Source of the DNA: Octopus vulgaris
Taxonomy: Eukaryota
Assembly: GCA_951406725.2 (NCBI GenBank)
Contig: OX597820.1
Location: forward strand, 82,894,001-82,958,000
Reading direction: 5' to 3'
Length of the DNA: 64,000 nt
Of the stretch, positions 43,202 through 55,635 are shown piece by piece. Every line of letters begins with the position of its first letter. Position 1 is the first letter of the stretch. The notes below the pieces were generated by a model, which saw only the letters and a program-made list of their open reading frames with translations, had not been told where the DNA came from and made no database searches. The translations under genes and the position numbers were made by a program.

Positions 43202-43638
43202 GCATATACATCTACATACTTTAGATACACATACTTACGTACATACACACATATCGACATACATGCATATATATTTATATACCGACACATACATGCGCAT
43301 ATATAAATATATATATATATATAGGTATCAAGTAAAGGAATTTAATATTTCTAAGGGATAAGTAAATCCAGAGTCACTCGTGGCTATTAGCTGGGTAGGT
43401 ACAGTTGTTTGAAAGATTGCACGGTAGTAAATGGCTCGGTTGGTAAATCGGAGGAGAAAATGTATATAAATGTATATATATATATATATATATATATAGA
43501 TAAGAAAGTTGGTTTGTGAAAGCACGTGGTTGAATATATAGAAAATAGTAAAACGTGAAAGAACTACAGAAGGCTTAAAGGTTAAAATATATATATATTT
43601 TTAACCTTTAAGCCTTCTGTAGTTCTTTCACTTTTTAC

Positions 43639-43705
<67 letters not shown>

Positions 43706-44026
43706 CATGTATGTATGTATGCATGTATGTATGTATGTATGTATGTATGGATGGATGGATATAGCTGTATATGGGTATAGACATGCCTGCGTACATGTAT
43801 TTGAATACGTATATATATGTACGAGTGTAGGTATCTGCAATGAACTATATGTTTGTAGGTGTATGTAAGTGTATATGTATGAGTCTGTATGTGCATGAAT
43901 AGGAATATATGTAAATGTATATATATCTATAATATTTATGAATATATATATATGCATATATATATTTATATATATATATGCATTTGTGTGTTTGTATGTG
44001 TGTATATATATGTGAATATATATTAT

Positions 44027-44067
<41 letters not shown>

Positions 44068-44116
44068 TATGTATATATATATACTTTATTGCAAAGCACC
44101 AGAAATATAGCAAAAG

Positions 44117-44155
44117 CTGTTACTCATGGTTTCACATTCCCGTTCGTAGGCTAGT
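44117..44155 (-). ncRNA. Degenerate hammerhead, U4C family of 24932
   Basis: CTAG-CCTACGA-ACG GGAA TGT-GAAA-CCATGAG-TA-ACAG plus the family tail. Confidence 0.55.
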
Positions 44156-44874
44156 TTTTTTTAAAATGGAACAGAAATAATGATATATTCAAAACTAGTT
44201 AAAGGAAAAACCATTAAAAATGGATTTTTTCATTGAACAAAATAAATGAACTAAGTATAAATTCATTTCATTTTAAAATCGACGAAAAAACCCTTAAATC
44301 GAAGAGTAGATTTAAAATATGTATTGTAAATAATTATATACGAAATATAATACATTAAAATTTTCACGCTGTATTACATAAATATTTTACAACAGTATAT
44401 ACCCATACAAGACCAACTATAATATACATAAATACATCAAAATACACAGATGCATGCACATAGTTACATACATATACAAGCATATATATGTAAGACATGA
44501 ATATATACACAAATACACATATACACATATGCACGTAACCATGCCAACAAACATGCCCGCGTACAAAAGTCATATAGAAGTTAGTTATAACAGACAAGAG
44601 AGATAGGATGTATATCTTAAACGTAGGGAGGGGGAAAGAAAAGGAAAGAAGAAGTATCCTAAACGTAATAGCTAGCGAAAAAAGGGGGGAGGTAAATGGG
44701 GAGAAGAGGAACGCATTCTTTAAGGACGCTATCAAAGTAACGAATAGGGAGAGAAAGGATACTTTGCGTAAGGAAAGAGAAAGAAATAGGGATAGGTGAC
44801 GAAAAAGAGGGAATATGTGCAACGTGTAACAAACGTAAACATAAAATAAAATTACACACACACACACACATATA

Positions 44875-45275
44875 GGCGCAGGAGTGGCTGTGTGGTAAGT
44901 AGCTTGCTAACCAACCACATGGTTCCGGGTTTAGTCACACTGGGTGGCATCTTGGGCAAGTGTCTTCTGCTATAGCCCCGAGTCGACCAATGCCTTGTGT
45001 GTGGATTTGGTAGACGGAAACTGAAAGAAGCCCGTCGTATATATATATATGTGTATGTGTGTGTGTTTGTGTGTCTGTGTTTGTCCCCCTAGCATTGCTT
45101 GACAACCGATGCTGGTGTGTTTACATCCCCGTCACTTAGCGGTTCGGCAAAAGAGACCGATAGAATAAGTACTGGGCTTACAAAGAATAAGTCCCGGGAT
45201 CGATTTGCTCGACTAAAGGCGGTGCTCCAGCATGGCCACAGTCAAATGACTGAAACAAGTAAAAGAGTAAAGAGT
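44875..45275 (+). mobile_element. SINE family A, full length, well preserved
   Basis: GGCGCAGGAGTGGCTGTGTGGTAAG head, B-box-like GGTTTAGTCAC, internal (TA)/(TG) tract and AAAGAGT tail. About ten copies or fragments in the window. Confidence 0.9.
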
Positions 45276-45864
45276 ATATACGTAATTATATATATTAGCA
45301 TATAAATACACATATAAGATCACGTATATAAATACATGGAAATATGCAAGTAAATACATATCCACACAAATATAAGTGTATTCATGCATACATATACATC
45401 CATATACGTATGTGTACAAATATAAACATACACGCTTACTCACACATTTGCTCAGACGCACATATACAAATACATACGCATGCCTACAATGCAGACATCC
45501 ACATAAAAACATATGTAGGTCCTACCGTATATATACAAACAACTTATTTTGAAAAAAAAAATGCTAAGTATATAACAATAAATATCAGAAAAGAGACATG
45601 TAAAATAGAACACCATATATAGAATTAACTATAAATATAACGATGAAATGGGTTTGTAAAATACAATAAAATGAAATAAAAATAATATCTTCAATATGAA
45701 AATAATATATACATACATACATATAAATATATACATATACAAGGTTTTCTTAAGAAATACATCGAAATACATACAATATCTTTGCGATGCGAAATAAACC
45801 ATGCTTTACAAAATACAAATCCAACAGTGGGATTGAAAACTAGTTGAAGATTCGAAAAATATAT

Positions 45865-46215
45865 ACTATCGATATAGAATTTTTTCAGATGACATTTTAA
45901 ATTTTGTTGCGTGTCAGCAGGAATTCAAGAATTCGCGTCTTTAATTCAAAGCCCCATTGTCCTGGAATAAAATATAGAATTTTTCCAAAAGACATAAATT
46001 ATATTTAATGGGTCTTTTGTGCGTGCGTGCCCGTAAGGTGATACTTTATCTAAAAGTCTCCATGTCACGTTGAAAGGCCAGATTTCATGTTCTTTTAATT
46101 CATAGACACATTTTGCCAGGCTGGTCTTTGTCCTATTTTCGTTGTATCGAAAGGAATTCCTATGAGAATAAAATCGGGTCTTGAAAGAATTTTCAGAAAC
46201 CCTAAATGTAGATTT
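45865..46215 (-). mobile_element. Penelope-like (Naiad-type) GIY-YIG C-terminal fragment
   Basis: SFKTRFYSHRNSF...TSLAKCVYELK...W...NLCLLEKFYI...LN*RREFLNSC*H. Confidence 0.8.
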
Positions 46216-46267
46216 ATGGAAAAAGGATATGTGTATTTGCATTGGGACCCCTTCGCATCGAAGACCG

Positions 46268-46480
46268 GTGATTATTGTGCGCTGACGACGGGTAAATACT
46301 AAGAAACCCGGGCCCGTGCATATCACGTCAGGTCGACGATGGGAAGGATGGGTTCCCTTTGCAAATACTGATGGGGCACAGAAAGTATGTCAATAGTCAG
46401 CTGGAGAAGATGTTCTCCTGGGGCTACAAGCTACAGCAGCATCAACCCTTAGTGGTTAGCCACATTTGAGTGGCAAATAT
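46268..46480 (+). ncRNA. Hammerhead-headed structured element, copy 1
   Basis: TGTGCG-CTGACGA-...-GAAA-CCCGGG-CC-CGTGCA (U16.1C in this copy), followed by several hairpins. Aligns end to end with 51132-51342. Confidence 0.75.
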
Positions 46481-46725
46481 ACTTCACATTGTCATGCAGC
46501 TACTGTCTATACCTTGTTCAGAGATTAATTATTGCTTGTGTTCTGGTGTTTGCTGAATTTTCCACATAGTGGTTTATCCCTAAATATACACATGTATTGA
46601 ATTCTTTTCTGATTTTTGAGATTTTTTATATATGCTAGGCTACTGGTTTTAAATTGATATTAATTAAATTAATATTCAATTTATCTCCCTCATTATATAA
46701 ATTATATATACATACATACATATAC

Positions 46726-46790
<65 letters not shown>

Positions 46791-46857
46791 AAAGTAAAGT
46801 ACCACAACCAAAACGCAAAATTCATCAAGCAAACATCAACAGGAATATAAATCATAA

Positions 46858-49185
46858 CCAGAAAAAAATCCATTTTTTTACGTCAGGACAACAAACACCG
46901 GAGAAAGAAAAAATCCAAGAGGAAACATACCCCGAACAACTGAACGTATAGATCCTAAAATAATTAATTTATCAAAAAGAGATCTTGACAATGATGAAAT
47001 CCAACTTCTGTCAAAAGGACTGAAATTCACACCTACACCAACAGCCAACCACCAAGAATTAAAGGAGGATATCCAAAAATTCTGTCGAAAATTACGACTT
47101 GTAGAATTCTTCGCTAACAAAAGTAATGAGATTGATGAATCCCTAGTAAGGAATAAATCAAATTTCACCCCACCAAAAGGAAGAAATAACTACCTTGACC
47201 AATACATTGATATCCTGTCTAAATTTCCCCTTAGACGCAATACCAATGTTAGGCCAAACATTAGCAAATCAGAGATGTCTGCATGTAAACGTATACAAAA
47301 CGATCAAACAATAATAATTAAACAAGCAGATAAAGGTGGTGCAATTGTTATTATGGATACCGAATACTATAAGGATTTGGTTGAAGACCAACTGAAGGAT
47401 ACAACCTTCTATTGTGAAATACCCGCAAATATAGACCACCACATCATGAAAAAGATCAACAACCTGATTTCAACACACCACAACTCACTTACGGATAATG
47501 AAAAAGACTACATCACCAATTTTGAACCAAAACCCAGCAACTTCTACGGCTTACCAAAAATACACAAATCAAAAAACATTCAACAGGCAGTAAAAGAACA
47601 AGAAAGTGAGTACATAAAATTATTACATCCAAAAGACCTAAAACTTAGACCTATTATAGCTGGTCCAGCATGCCCTACACACCGTCTAAGCAATTTTATT
47701 GACATTGTTTTGAAACCACTATGTACTTACATACCAAGTTTCATCAGGGATGACATCGACTTCCTGTCCCATCTTCCCAAAACAACAGAAACAAATTCAG
47801 TTTTGCTAAGTTTTGATGTGGTAAGCCTCTACACCAATATTCCACACGATTTAGGAATAAAGGCGATTAAATACTGGTTAGAAAAACATAGAGAAGTGAT
47901 TCCCAGCAGATTCACAGTGCCATTTATATTAGACACAGTCAAACTTATTCTAGAAAATAACACATTCTTCTTCAATGGAAAGAATTACATCCAAATTAGA
48001 GGCACGGCGATGGGAACGAGGTTTGCTCCCGTTTACGCCAACTCTGTAATGGGATACTTAGAAGAACAACTCTACCAAGAGGTGGAGGTAAACTATGGCA
48101 CTGGATTTAGAAAGTATATTGAAAAGGCATGGAAGAGATACCTAGACGACTGTTTCATAATCTGGACAGAATCTCTAAATACTCTGGAAGAGTTCAATAT
48201 CCTCCTGAACAACCTACACCCATCTTTCAAATTTACAAAGGAGATGAGTAGTACCAAATTACCATTCCTGGATATAATGGTAATTAAAAAAGACACCACC
48301 ATCACCACAGATATATACTATAAACACACAGACACACATCAATACCTAAATTTTAAGTCGTGCCATCCACCACATACAAAACGTAACATCCCATACTGCC
48401 TAGCCAGAAGAATTTGTACTATTGTAGAAGATGCAAATATCAGGAACAAACGCCTAATAGAACTAAGAGAATTTTTGCTCAAACAAAAATACCCATCTCT
48501 ACTTATAGAAAATGGCATACAGCGGGCTATAAAAATACCTATACAACAACTTAGGACAACCCAAGGAAGAGGAAAACAAGAACAAGTCATACCATTCATA
48601 GTGACACACAACCCATGTCACCAGAATATCTTCAACATTGCCAAAGCAAACCTTCCAATCATTGCCCAAAGTAATGAATTAAAAGACATAATCAAGGATC
48701 GAGCTATGGTGCTTAGTAAAAGACAGCCTAAAAACTTGAAAACATTACTAACAAAGGCAAAATTTGACCTCAGCAACAAAGACCAAACATTCACGGTATC
48801 TAAATGCAATGATAGCCGATGTGGCACATGCCAATTCATACATACCGGTCAATATATAAACACAAAAACCGGAAAAATATTCACAAACGCGAATATGAAC
48901 TGCAAAAGCAGAAATTTAATTTACTGCATCAAATGCCCAAATTGTGAAGAAATATATGTAGGTCAGACGGGAAACGCACTATTAGAACGCTCACGTGTAC
49001 ACCGGCAACAGATTAGAGACCCAGAGGTCCGTCAGATACCTTTGAGTAACCACCTAGCAACATGTGGTCGGAAAATATATATAATATTTCCATTCTACAA
49101 ATTACACAGCCCAAGTGAAATCGAGAGGAAAATCAGAGAAAAGAATTTTATTGATAAATTCGAACCCAAGCTAAATAAGCAATAA
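46858..49185 (+). CDS. PLE reverse transcriptase + GIY-YIG endonuclease (open frame; first ATG at 47275)
   Basis: No stops from 46858. Motifs IINLS, LSKGLKF, KQADKG, LRPII, SFDVVSLYTNIP, GTAMG, RYLDD, linker CNDSRCGTC, LIYCIKCPNCEEIYVGQT, and conserved H, H, E, N. Confidence 0.92.
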   Translation, partial: PEKNPFFYVRTTNTGERKNPRGNIPRTTERIDPKIINLSKRDLDNDEIQLLSKGLKFTPTPTANHQELKEDIQKFCRKLRLVEFFANKSNEIDESLVRNKSNFTPPKGRNNYLDQYIDILSKFPLRRNTNVRPNISKSEMSACKRIQNDQTIIIKQADKGGAIVIMDTEYYKDLVEDQLKDTTFYCEIPANIDHHIMKKINNLISTHHNSLTDNEKDYITNFEPKPSNFYGLPKIHKSKNIQQAVKEQESEYIKLLHPKDLKLRPIIAGPACPTHRLSNFIDIVLKPLCTYIPSFIRDDIDFLSHLPKTTETNSVLLSFDVVSLYTNIPHDLGIKAIKYWLEKHREVIPSRFTVPFILDTVKLILENNTFFFNGKNYIQIRGTAMGTRFAPVYANSVMGYLEEQLYQEVEVNYGTGFRKYIEKAWKRYLDDCFIIWTESLNTLEEFNILLNNLHPSFKFTKEMSSTKLPFLDIMVIKKDTTITTDIYYKHTDTHQYLNFKSCHPPHTKRNIPYCLARRICTIVEDANIRNKRLIELREFLLKQKYPSLLIENGIQRAIKIPIQQLRTTQGRGKQEQVIPFIVTHNPCHQNIFNIAKANLPIIAQSNELKDIIKDRAMVLSKRQPKNLKTLLTKAKFDLSNKDQTFTVSKCNDSRCGTCQFIHTGQYINTKTGKIFTNANMNCKSRNLIYCIKCPNCEEIYVGQTGNALLERSRVHRQQIRDPEVRQIPLSNHLATCGRKIYIIFPFYKLHSPSEIERKIREKNFIDKFEPKLNKQ

Positions 49186-49502
49186 TAATAATACTTAGAG
49201 GTATTACTTCCACTGCTACGACCATGACCACTAACAACAACAACAATACTAAAGGTGATCAAGACGAAGATAGCAGGAAAATTATCTTATTTAGGGTTAA
49301 AAGTTCTATTGCCACCACCATCACCACTAGCAACAATAATTAAGGTGCTGACAATGATGATGATGACAATTGAAATATAAAAATATAAAAATCTCTGACA
49401 AAGGATATTTACAACATTTCTAAAAATAACCCAACAATTGCTGCTTCGGCCAGGGTCAAGATACAGGACTCTTCACCTGTCCAACAAAGCGTGATGCCTA
49501 AA

Positions 49503-49645
49503 CCAATCAGCTCAACCAACCAATCAGCTTAAGTAATTGAGTGATACTACACACTGATTGGTCAGAATACAGTTTGCAAAACCTAGCACTCTGGAGCCTA
49601 CCCAGCTGTATTTATAGCACAGAATCACTCATCTTGCTACAGTCA
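49503..49645 (+). promoter_or_regulatory. Putative Pol II promoter in PLE pseudo-LTR
   Basis: CCAATCAG at 49503 and 49520, inverted ATTGG at 49557, TATTTATA at 49609, and Inr-like CAGTC with A at 49641, 32 nt from the TATA. Confidence 0.55.
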
Positions 49646-49679
49646 AAAATTGTGAAGCATGACTGTCAACACTACTACA

Positions 49680-49724
49680 TGAACCCGAAGATTGCAGAAT
49701 TCAATGCATGAAAGTACTAGTTCA
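49680..49724 (+). ncRNA. Type I hammerhead in PLE pseudo-LTR, U4C variant
   Basis: TGAAC-CCGAAGA-T-TGCA GAATTCAA TGCA-T-GAAA-GTAC-TA-GTTCA. 5-bp helix I; palindromic AGTACT helix III. Confidence 0.8.
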
Positions 49725-49854
49725 ATCAGAATGAATATTTAACATTCTACTATTTCATTTTATTTTATTCAATTATAATATATTATCTTATAATATATCA
49801 TTATAAGATTGTAAATAAAACGTGAAAATCAGACAAGGTTGGAATTCTTTTTTA

Positions 49855-49906
<52 letters not shown>

Positions 49907-50306
49907 AAATGGGACAAGAACGCAAAACATCCAGACAGTTAGGTGATACAAGAAAGGGAGAACAAAACATCCAGACAGATGTTTCAAAGAAAACAAGGAC
50001 GGGTCATTCGGAGTTTTCCTCCTCAGTCGAGTTCCAGATTAACTTTGCAATTTCGGCTGGTTATACTCGAGATTACTCCTATATGGCCAGCTCCAAGGAA
50101 AAACTAAGCTAAAAGCATTAGATTTCTTGGAAGAAAGTAGCGAAGGTATACGAAAGCAAGGAAGAGTGGAATGAACAGAGTAATCGTGAAAGGGATGATA
50201 GAAAGAATAAACGAATAGAGTCGTACAAGATTTAAATAGATATATACTTACATATAAGAGACCAAAGTGTACGTACGCCGGTAGGGTATGGTAAGTAAAT
50301 AGAGAG

Positions 50307-50569
50307 GTAATTAATAAATTATTATTTATTAAATAAAAATTTGACAAACATCCCTTAGAACTGTTTCAATTTCAATTTCAGGAAAGTAATACAATTGAAA
50401 ATTTAATTTTATTAACAATTAAAACTTTTACTTGAAAGTCGAATCTCTTCAGAAGAGATTCGACTTTCAAATGTTGTTTTTAATTTTATTCATTAATTTT
50501 TTGAAGGTCTGCAATTGAAACAGCTGTAAGGGATGTTTGTCAATTTTTAATTAATAATTTATTAATTAC
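50307..50569. repeat. Fold-back of a hammerhead-bearing tail
   Basis: Perfect 19-bp arms around 50451. Outer arms 50307-50371 and 50513-50569. GAAA-CAGCTG-TA at 50517-50528. Confidence 0.85.
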
Positions 50570-51006
50570 TTACCCATCTTCTTATAATAAATAAATATAT
50601 ATAAACCATAGTCTTTATAGTTACCTTGCAGCTTAGTATTAACATGTAATGATCAACATCATTTGTATAGGTAACTAACAATTACTCTCCTAATATATAT
50701 ATATATATATATATATATTCATGTATGTAAGTGTCTATATGTGTGCATGTACGTAAGAGTGTATATGCAATTATTTCTTTGCAAGTGCATTCATGTGTGT
50801 GTGGGTGTTTGTGTGTGTGTGTGCGTGTGTTTCTATGTATATATTGTGGGATTGTTCTCTATGTGACCGGCACATTTAGTTGACAATTATGTTATTTTAT
50901 ATATATATTTATTTATTTATTTATTATTATTATATTATATTATACATATATACATAAATATATACATATATATATATATATATGTATCTATGTATATATA
51001 TATATG

Positions 51007-51114
<108 letters not shown>

Positions 51115-51131
51115 TATATAATGTCGACAAC

Positions 51132-51342
51132 TATGATTGTCGCACGCCGATGATAGGTCAATACCTTGAAACTCGAGTCCGTGTGTATCATAAGTTGAAG
51201 ACGGGAAGGATGACTTCCCTTCACAAATACTGATAGGGCACAGAAACTGTGTCTATAGCCAGCTGGAGGAGGTATCTTCCTGGGGCTACAAACTACAGTA
51301 GCATCCACCCTTAGGGGTTAGCCATATTCAAATGGCAAATAT
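51132..51342 (+). ncRNA. Hammerhead-headed structured element, copy 2
   Basis: TATGAT-TGT-CGCACG-CCGATGA-T-AGGT CAAT ACCT-T-GAAA-CTCGAG-TC-CGTGTG-T-ATCATA plus downstream hairpins. Flanked by (TA)n on both sides. Confidence 0.8.
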
Positions 51343-51711
51343 GCATATATATATATATAAATATATGTTAACATATGAGTGTGTATGTGTGGGTGTATGC
51401 GTATATCTGCGCATATGTATATGTGTATTGGTATGTATACACATGAGTATCCGTGTACATCTTTTCTGTTTCAATGCGTAAGTCTGTTTACGTATGTATA
51501 TGTAAATCAGTGTACGCCTGTGTGAAATAGTGTGTTTATCTGAGAATATCCGGGTATATTAATTGTCTCCCTTACATTACTAAAAGTTACAGACATTTGG
51601 TTTGTTTTCTTCTGTATGAAAATATACACAACAATATACACATCTATAATAATAAAAACAACTATTTCGTCATACATTAAAACAACCTCCTTCTCCTCCT
51701 CATCATCATCA

Positions 51712-51713
51712 TC

Positions 51714-51776
<63 letters not shown>

Positions 51777-51857
51777 ATACTGCTGCTGCTGCCACTACTA
51801 CTACTACTACTACTACTACCGCTGCTGCTGCTACTACTACTGCTACTACTACTACTG

Positions 51858-51919
<62 letters not shown>

Positions 51920-51920
51920 G
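51712..51920. repeat. (CTA)n/(CTG)n microsatellite
   Basis: Direct reading. Confidence 0.95.
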
Positions 51921-51984
51921 CCGTAGCTGTTACAGCTGCTGCCGTCACCATTGCCATTGCTACTGCAGCCGGAATATCGATTTT

Positions 51985-52193
51985 TCAAATTTGGCACAAG
52001 GCCAGCAATTTCAGGTGAGGGGACAAATCGATTATATCCTCTCCAGTATTCAACCGCTACTTATTTTATCGAAACCGAAAGGATGATAGTTAAAATCGAC
52101 CTCGGCGGAATTTGAACTCAATATGTAAAGACGGACGAAATGCCGCTAAGCATTTTGCACGGCGTAGTAATGATTTTTCCAGCTCCCCACCTT
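51985..52193 (-). mobile_element. SINE family B, near full length
   Basis: Reverse complement of the 40508-type head and central domain. Confidence 0.8.
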
Positions 52194-52927
52194 TCTGCTG
52201 CTGATAATATCATTAATGCTAGCCTCATCTGCCAGGGTGATCTAATGGCAAAATACTCAAAGACTTGTGATTGTCTCCTGGATTTATCTTTCCATTAAAG
52301 TTTTCCAGCAATTTAAAATCAAATTTCAAATTAGCTGTTCCGAAATATATCGATAATGCTCGCTATTTACGACCACAAGCTTTAGGTGAATTGATGAAAG
52401 TTATAGAATAATATCACAGACAGAAATTTAATGGATCAGACGTCGCATCTACTAAAACTAAAATAGAGCGCACCGAATGTTTATGAAACTAAATCTCGAA
52501 ATAGTCATTAAGTACATGAAATACCATTTAATTGACGTTTCATAAAGTAGAATGCATCATATATTGCAACCAATCATATACAAAACATCAATCATTATAT
52601 ATCAACGCCAATAAAGCATTCAGTTCTTTGTTACTGTTTACTGTAAAGCAGTAACAATACAGGGTATCATCAAGGACTTTTTTCAGAAAATGAACCAACG
52701 GGAATCTAAAAATCTAACGGATTTTATAGCATTGCTGCCCAACATCCCTCAAAAATTAATGAAGTAAAGAAGCTGTATATTCCTTAGAGAAACGTAAGAG
52801 TTACAATTGACGTCTCGGAACGAGCTCAGTTCACGGGATATTACAAATGATGTATTTCTATTACACAAATAGACTCACACAAAAACGAACACGTAGACAC
52901 ACACGCACACGAACAGACACACACACG

Positions 52928-52968
<41 letters not shown>

Positions 52969-54103
52969 AGAATGTTTCATGCGCGTACACCTGGAATGTC
53001 ATGGTGTTAGTATTTTATTTCATTTGTCAATTCCTATGGAAGTTTTGCAAATTATTTATTGATTATATAACCAGACAATCTTCAATCAATATATCGTGAT
53101 TTTTGACTGAACAAATACCAGTAATATTATTGAAGAGTCGTATCCTTTCTACTTAAAGCCTCTTTACTAAGTAAATCTTAATGGCAGCAATGAAGGAAAT
53201 CCGTATCACGAATTAATCCGATTGTAGAAAATCTTTAATCGGATAATAGCGATAATGCATTTTGAATTATGGATGCTTAAATGATTTAAGACTATGTTTT
53301 ATTCGCATGTCCAGTAATGAAGAGTTGGTATAAATATTGATGACGGTAAGAGGAGGAGATTGCTCACTCACTACTTAACAGGTCGAATGACCATCTGTAG
53401 TGTTATGGGTTCATATGTTATTACTTGGCTGAACATATGTTAGATTGCGTGTTTATCTACCCCATGAATATCTAGCATAAATCTGGAACAAAATATCAAT
53501 AATAGATAATGCACCGATATCAATGAAACCCCAATACTTTCCCCCCACAGAAGCGCACGCACGCACACACACACACAAACACATAGACACTGACACACGC
53601 GCACACACACACACATACATAAGTACACATAGACACTCATTTTCTTTCTTTCTCCCTCTCTCTTTCACTTTATTGTTTGGAAAGACGAGTTGGACACTTG
53701 AAGCTGAATTGGACAATTACAACAGCTGTCAGTGATTCGTTCTCTGCGTCATTCCATTCCTTTTATAGCCACATTCATGATGAAGATAAATGGGGATTTA
53801 TGCTAAAAAATTTGACTTACATTCAGACGAAAAATGCGGTAAAAAAACAAAAGCAAAATAAAATATTTAAGCATGCATAAATAAAAGGGGACACTGTTTT
53901 TAAATTTTAGCAAAGCTTCTTGTGATATTGCAAAGAAACCCTTAGACTTCGGAAAGAACAATGAGTATTACGCATTTTTTATTCAGAATTCAACTGTATT
54001 TCCATACAAATTTAACTTGAATATAATCCAATACACCAAACACACACACACACACAGACACACGTACTCACATACACACATACATACATACATACATACA
54101 CAC

Positions 54104-54154
<51 letters not shown>

Positions 54155-55082
54155 CACACACACACATATATATATATTTATATATATATATGTACATATA
54201 TATTATAAGTATATAATATTTTAATTTTATACATTAAAATTATATCAATGTATAATTGTTTATGCAACATCAGTAGTCACACAGTTAAACTATCTTCAGG
54301 CAGGATATTTTGAAAATGCTATCTCATCCTATGATAGGGATCTAACAACAGAATAGCTTTTAACACTAAATGAAATCTGAACATTTTATAGCAAATAATA
54401 CTAAGCATAAACTATAAAATTTGTCCATTATATCCGTTGCCACAGACTACGAATAATCACAAGTCTTGCTTGGAGTAGACCTTGATTATAATAATTATAG
54501 CATGTCTCTTACATCACAAACGCTAATAAATTCTTCCAGAAAATTTCTTTTAAGACCTTCTCTATTTGAAGGGTAACATAATAAGGGACTGGAAAACTAT
54601 AACCTCAACGAAGAATCTATTAAATCCGAGTTCGACAAAATTACAGATACACTTTTAGGTGTGTTTTTGAAAGTTCCTGGGAAAATTGTATACAAAGCAT
54701 TTGCGTCAGCCAAATGCTCTTTAGATATATACCCCTAGTTGCTTGAAAGTGCATTCATGACTGCATATATATAATACATCCAATCATTTATGACTTAAAA
54801 CCCGGGGAAATGCAAAGTTTTTTCGAACTGAATTTTTTCATAAAGAGCATAGAAATTGAAACGGTTGACTTATAGTATCTCTTTGTGAAAGATAAAAAAT
54901 GAGGTGCAAAAAAAAAAAAACAGAAACGTAAGGTCTACAAGAAAAGAAGAAATTGATGAAGAGAAAGAGTGGGGAGAAAGTGTGTCTGTGTGTGTGTGAA
55001 AAAGAGAGAGCTAGAGAGATAGAGGCAGTGCGGGCGCGTGTGTATGTGTGTGTGTGTGTAATTGTGTGTATATCTGTTTGTA

Positions 55083-55122
<40 letters not shown>

Positions 55123-55635
55123 GAGAGAGATAATAATTGAGAAATTTCGTGAATATCAAAGTGTGGATAAAGACATTAATAAAATGAAAAGAAGTGGAGG
55201 AAGTGTATTTTGATTGAGAGAAGTAAATATTTATAGAGAAAGAGATGAAATATCCATTTATTGTGATTGACTCAATGAGATGAATGCGGGCCAGTAAGTG
55301 CACGCAAGGAAAGTAATGACAAAACACGAAACAAATGGAAAAGAAAATAGGGTAATGTTCAAAACAGAATCATTAACAATTATTGCAAAAACAGAAAGCT
55401 GTACGAAGATCTGTGTTTGATCATTGCTAGGCTGGTATGTCTATGTTTGTGGGATTGTGGCTGCGTGTGAGTCAATTTCTGTTTGTACGTGTAGGCGTGT
55501 ATATTTCAGGGAAACCTCACTTCCGATGTTTCGAGCAGTCCTTGGAAAGAAGGCATGTAGAAAGTGACTGTCGCATTGTCTCTGACAAATAAAGTTGTCC
55601 GGGTGATACTTGCACATTCATACACGAACATATTT

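Larger units (their letters stand above)
46786..49785 (+). mobile_element. Penelope-like element (Neptune-type), 5'-truncated, with 3' pseudo-LTR
   Basis: Starts at the end of a (TA)n tract. Contains the RT+GIY-YIG ORF and a 3' region with promoter motifs and a hammerhead. Confidence 0.9.

Noticed and set aside
45912-45918. In-frame TGA in the Naiad-type C*H motif as selenocysteine
   Set aside because: The TGA replaces the middle Arg (CGA>TGA decay), not a Cys. Other stops are present, and the linker Cys codons of the 14.5-kb fragment are TGY.
49993-50030. Minus-strand CTGAGGA...GAAT hammerhead
   Set aside because: GAAT instead of GAAA, with unconvincing helices I and III.
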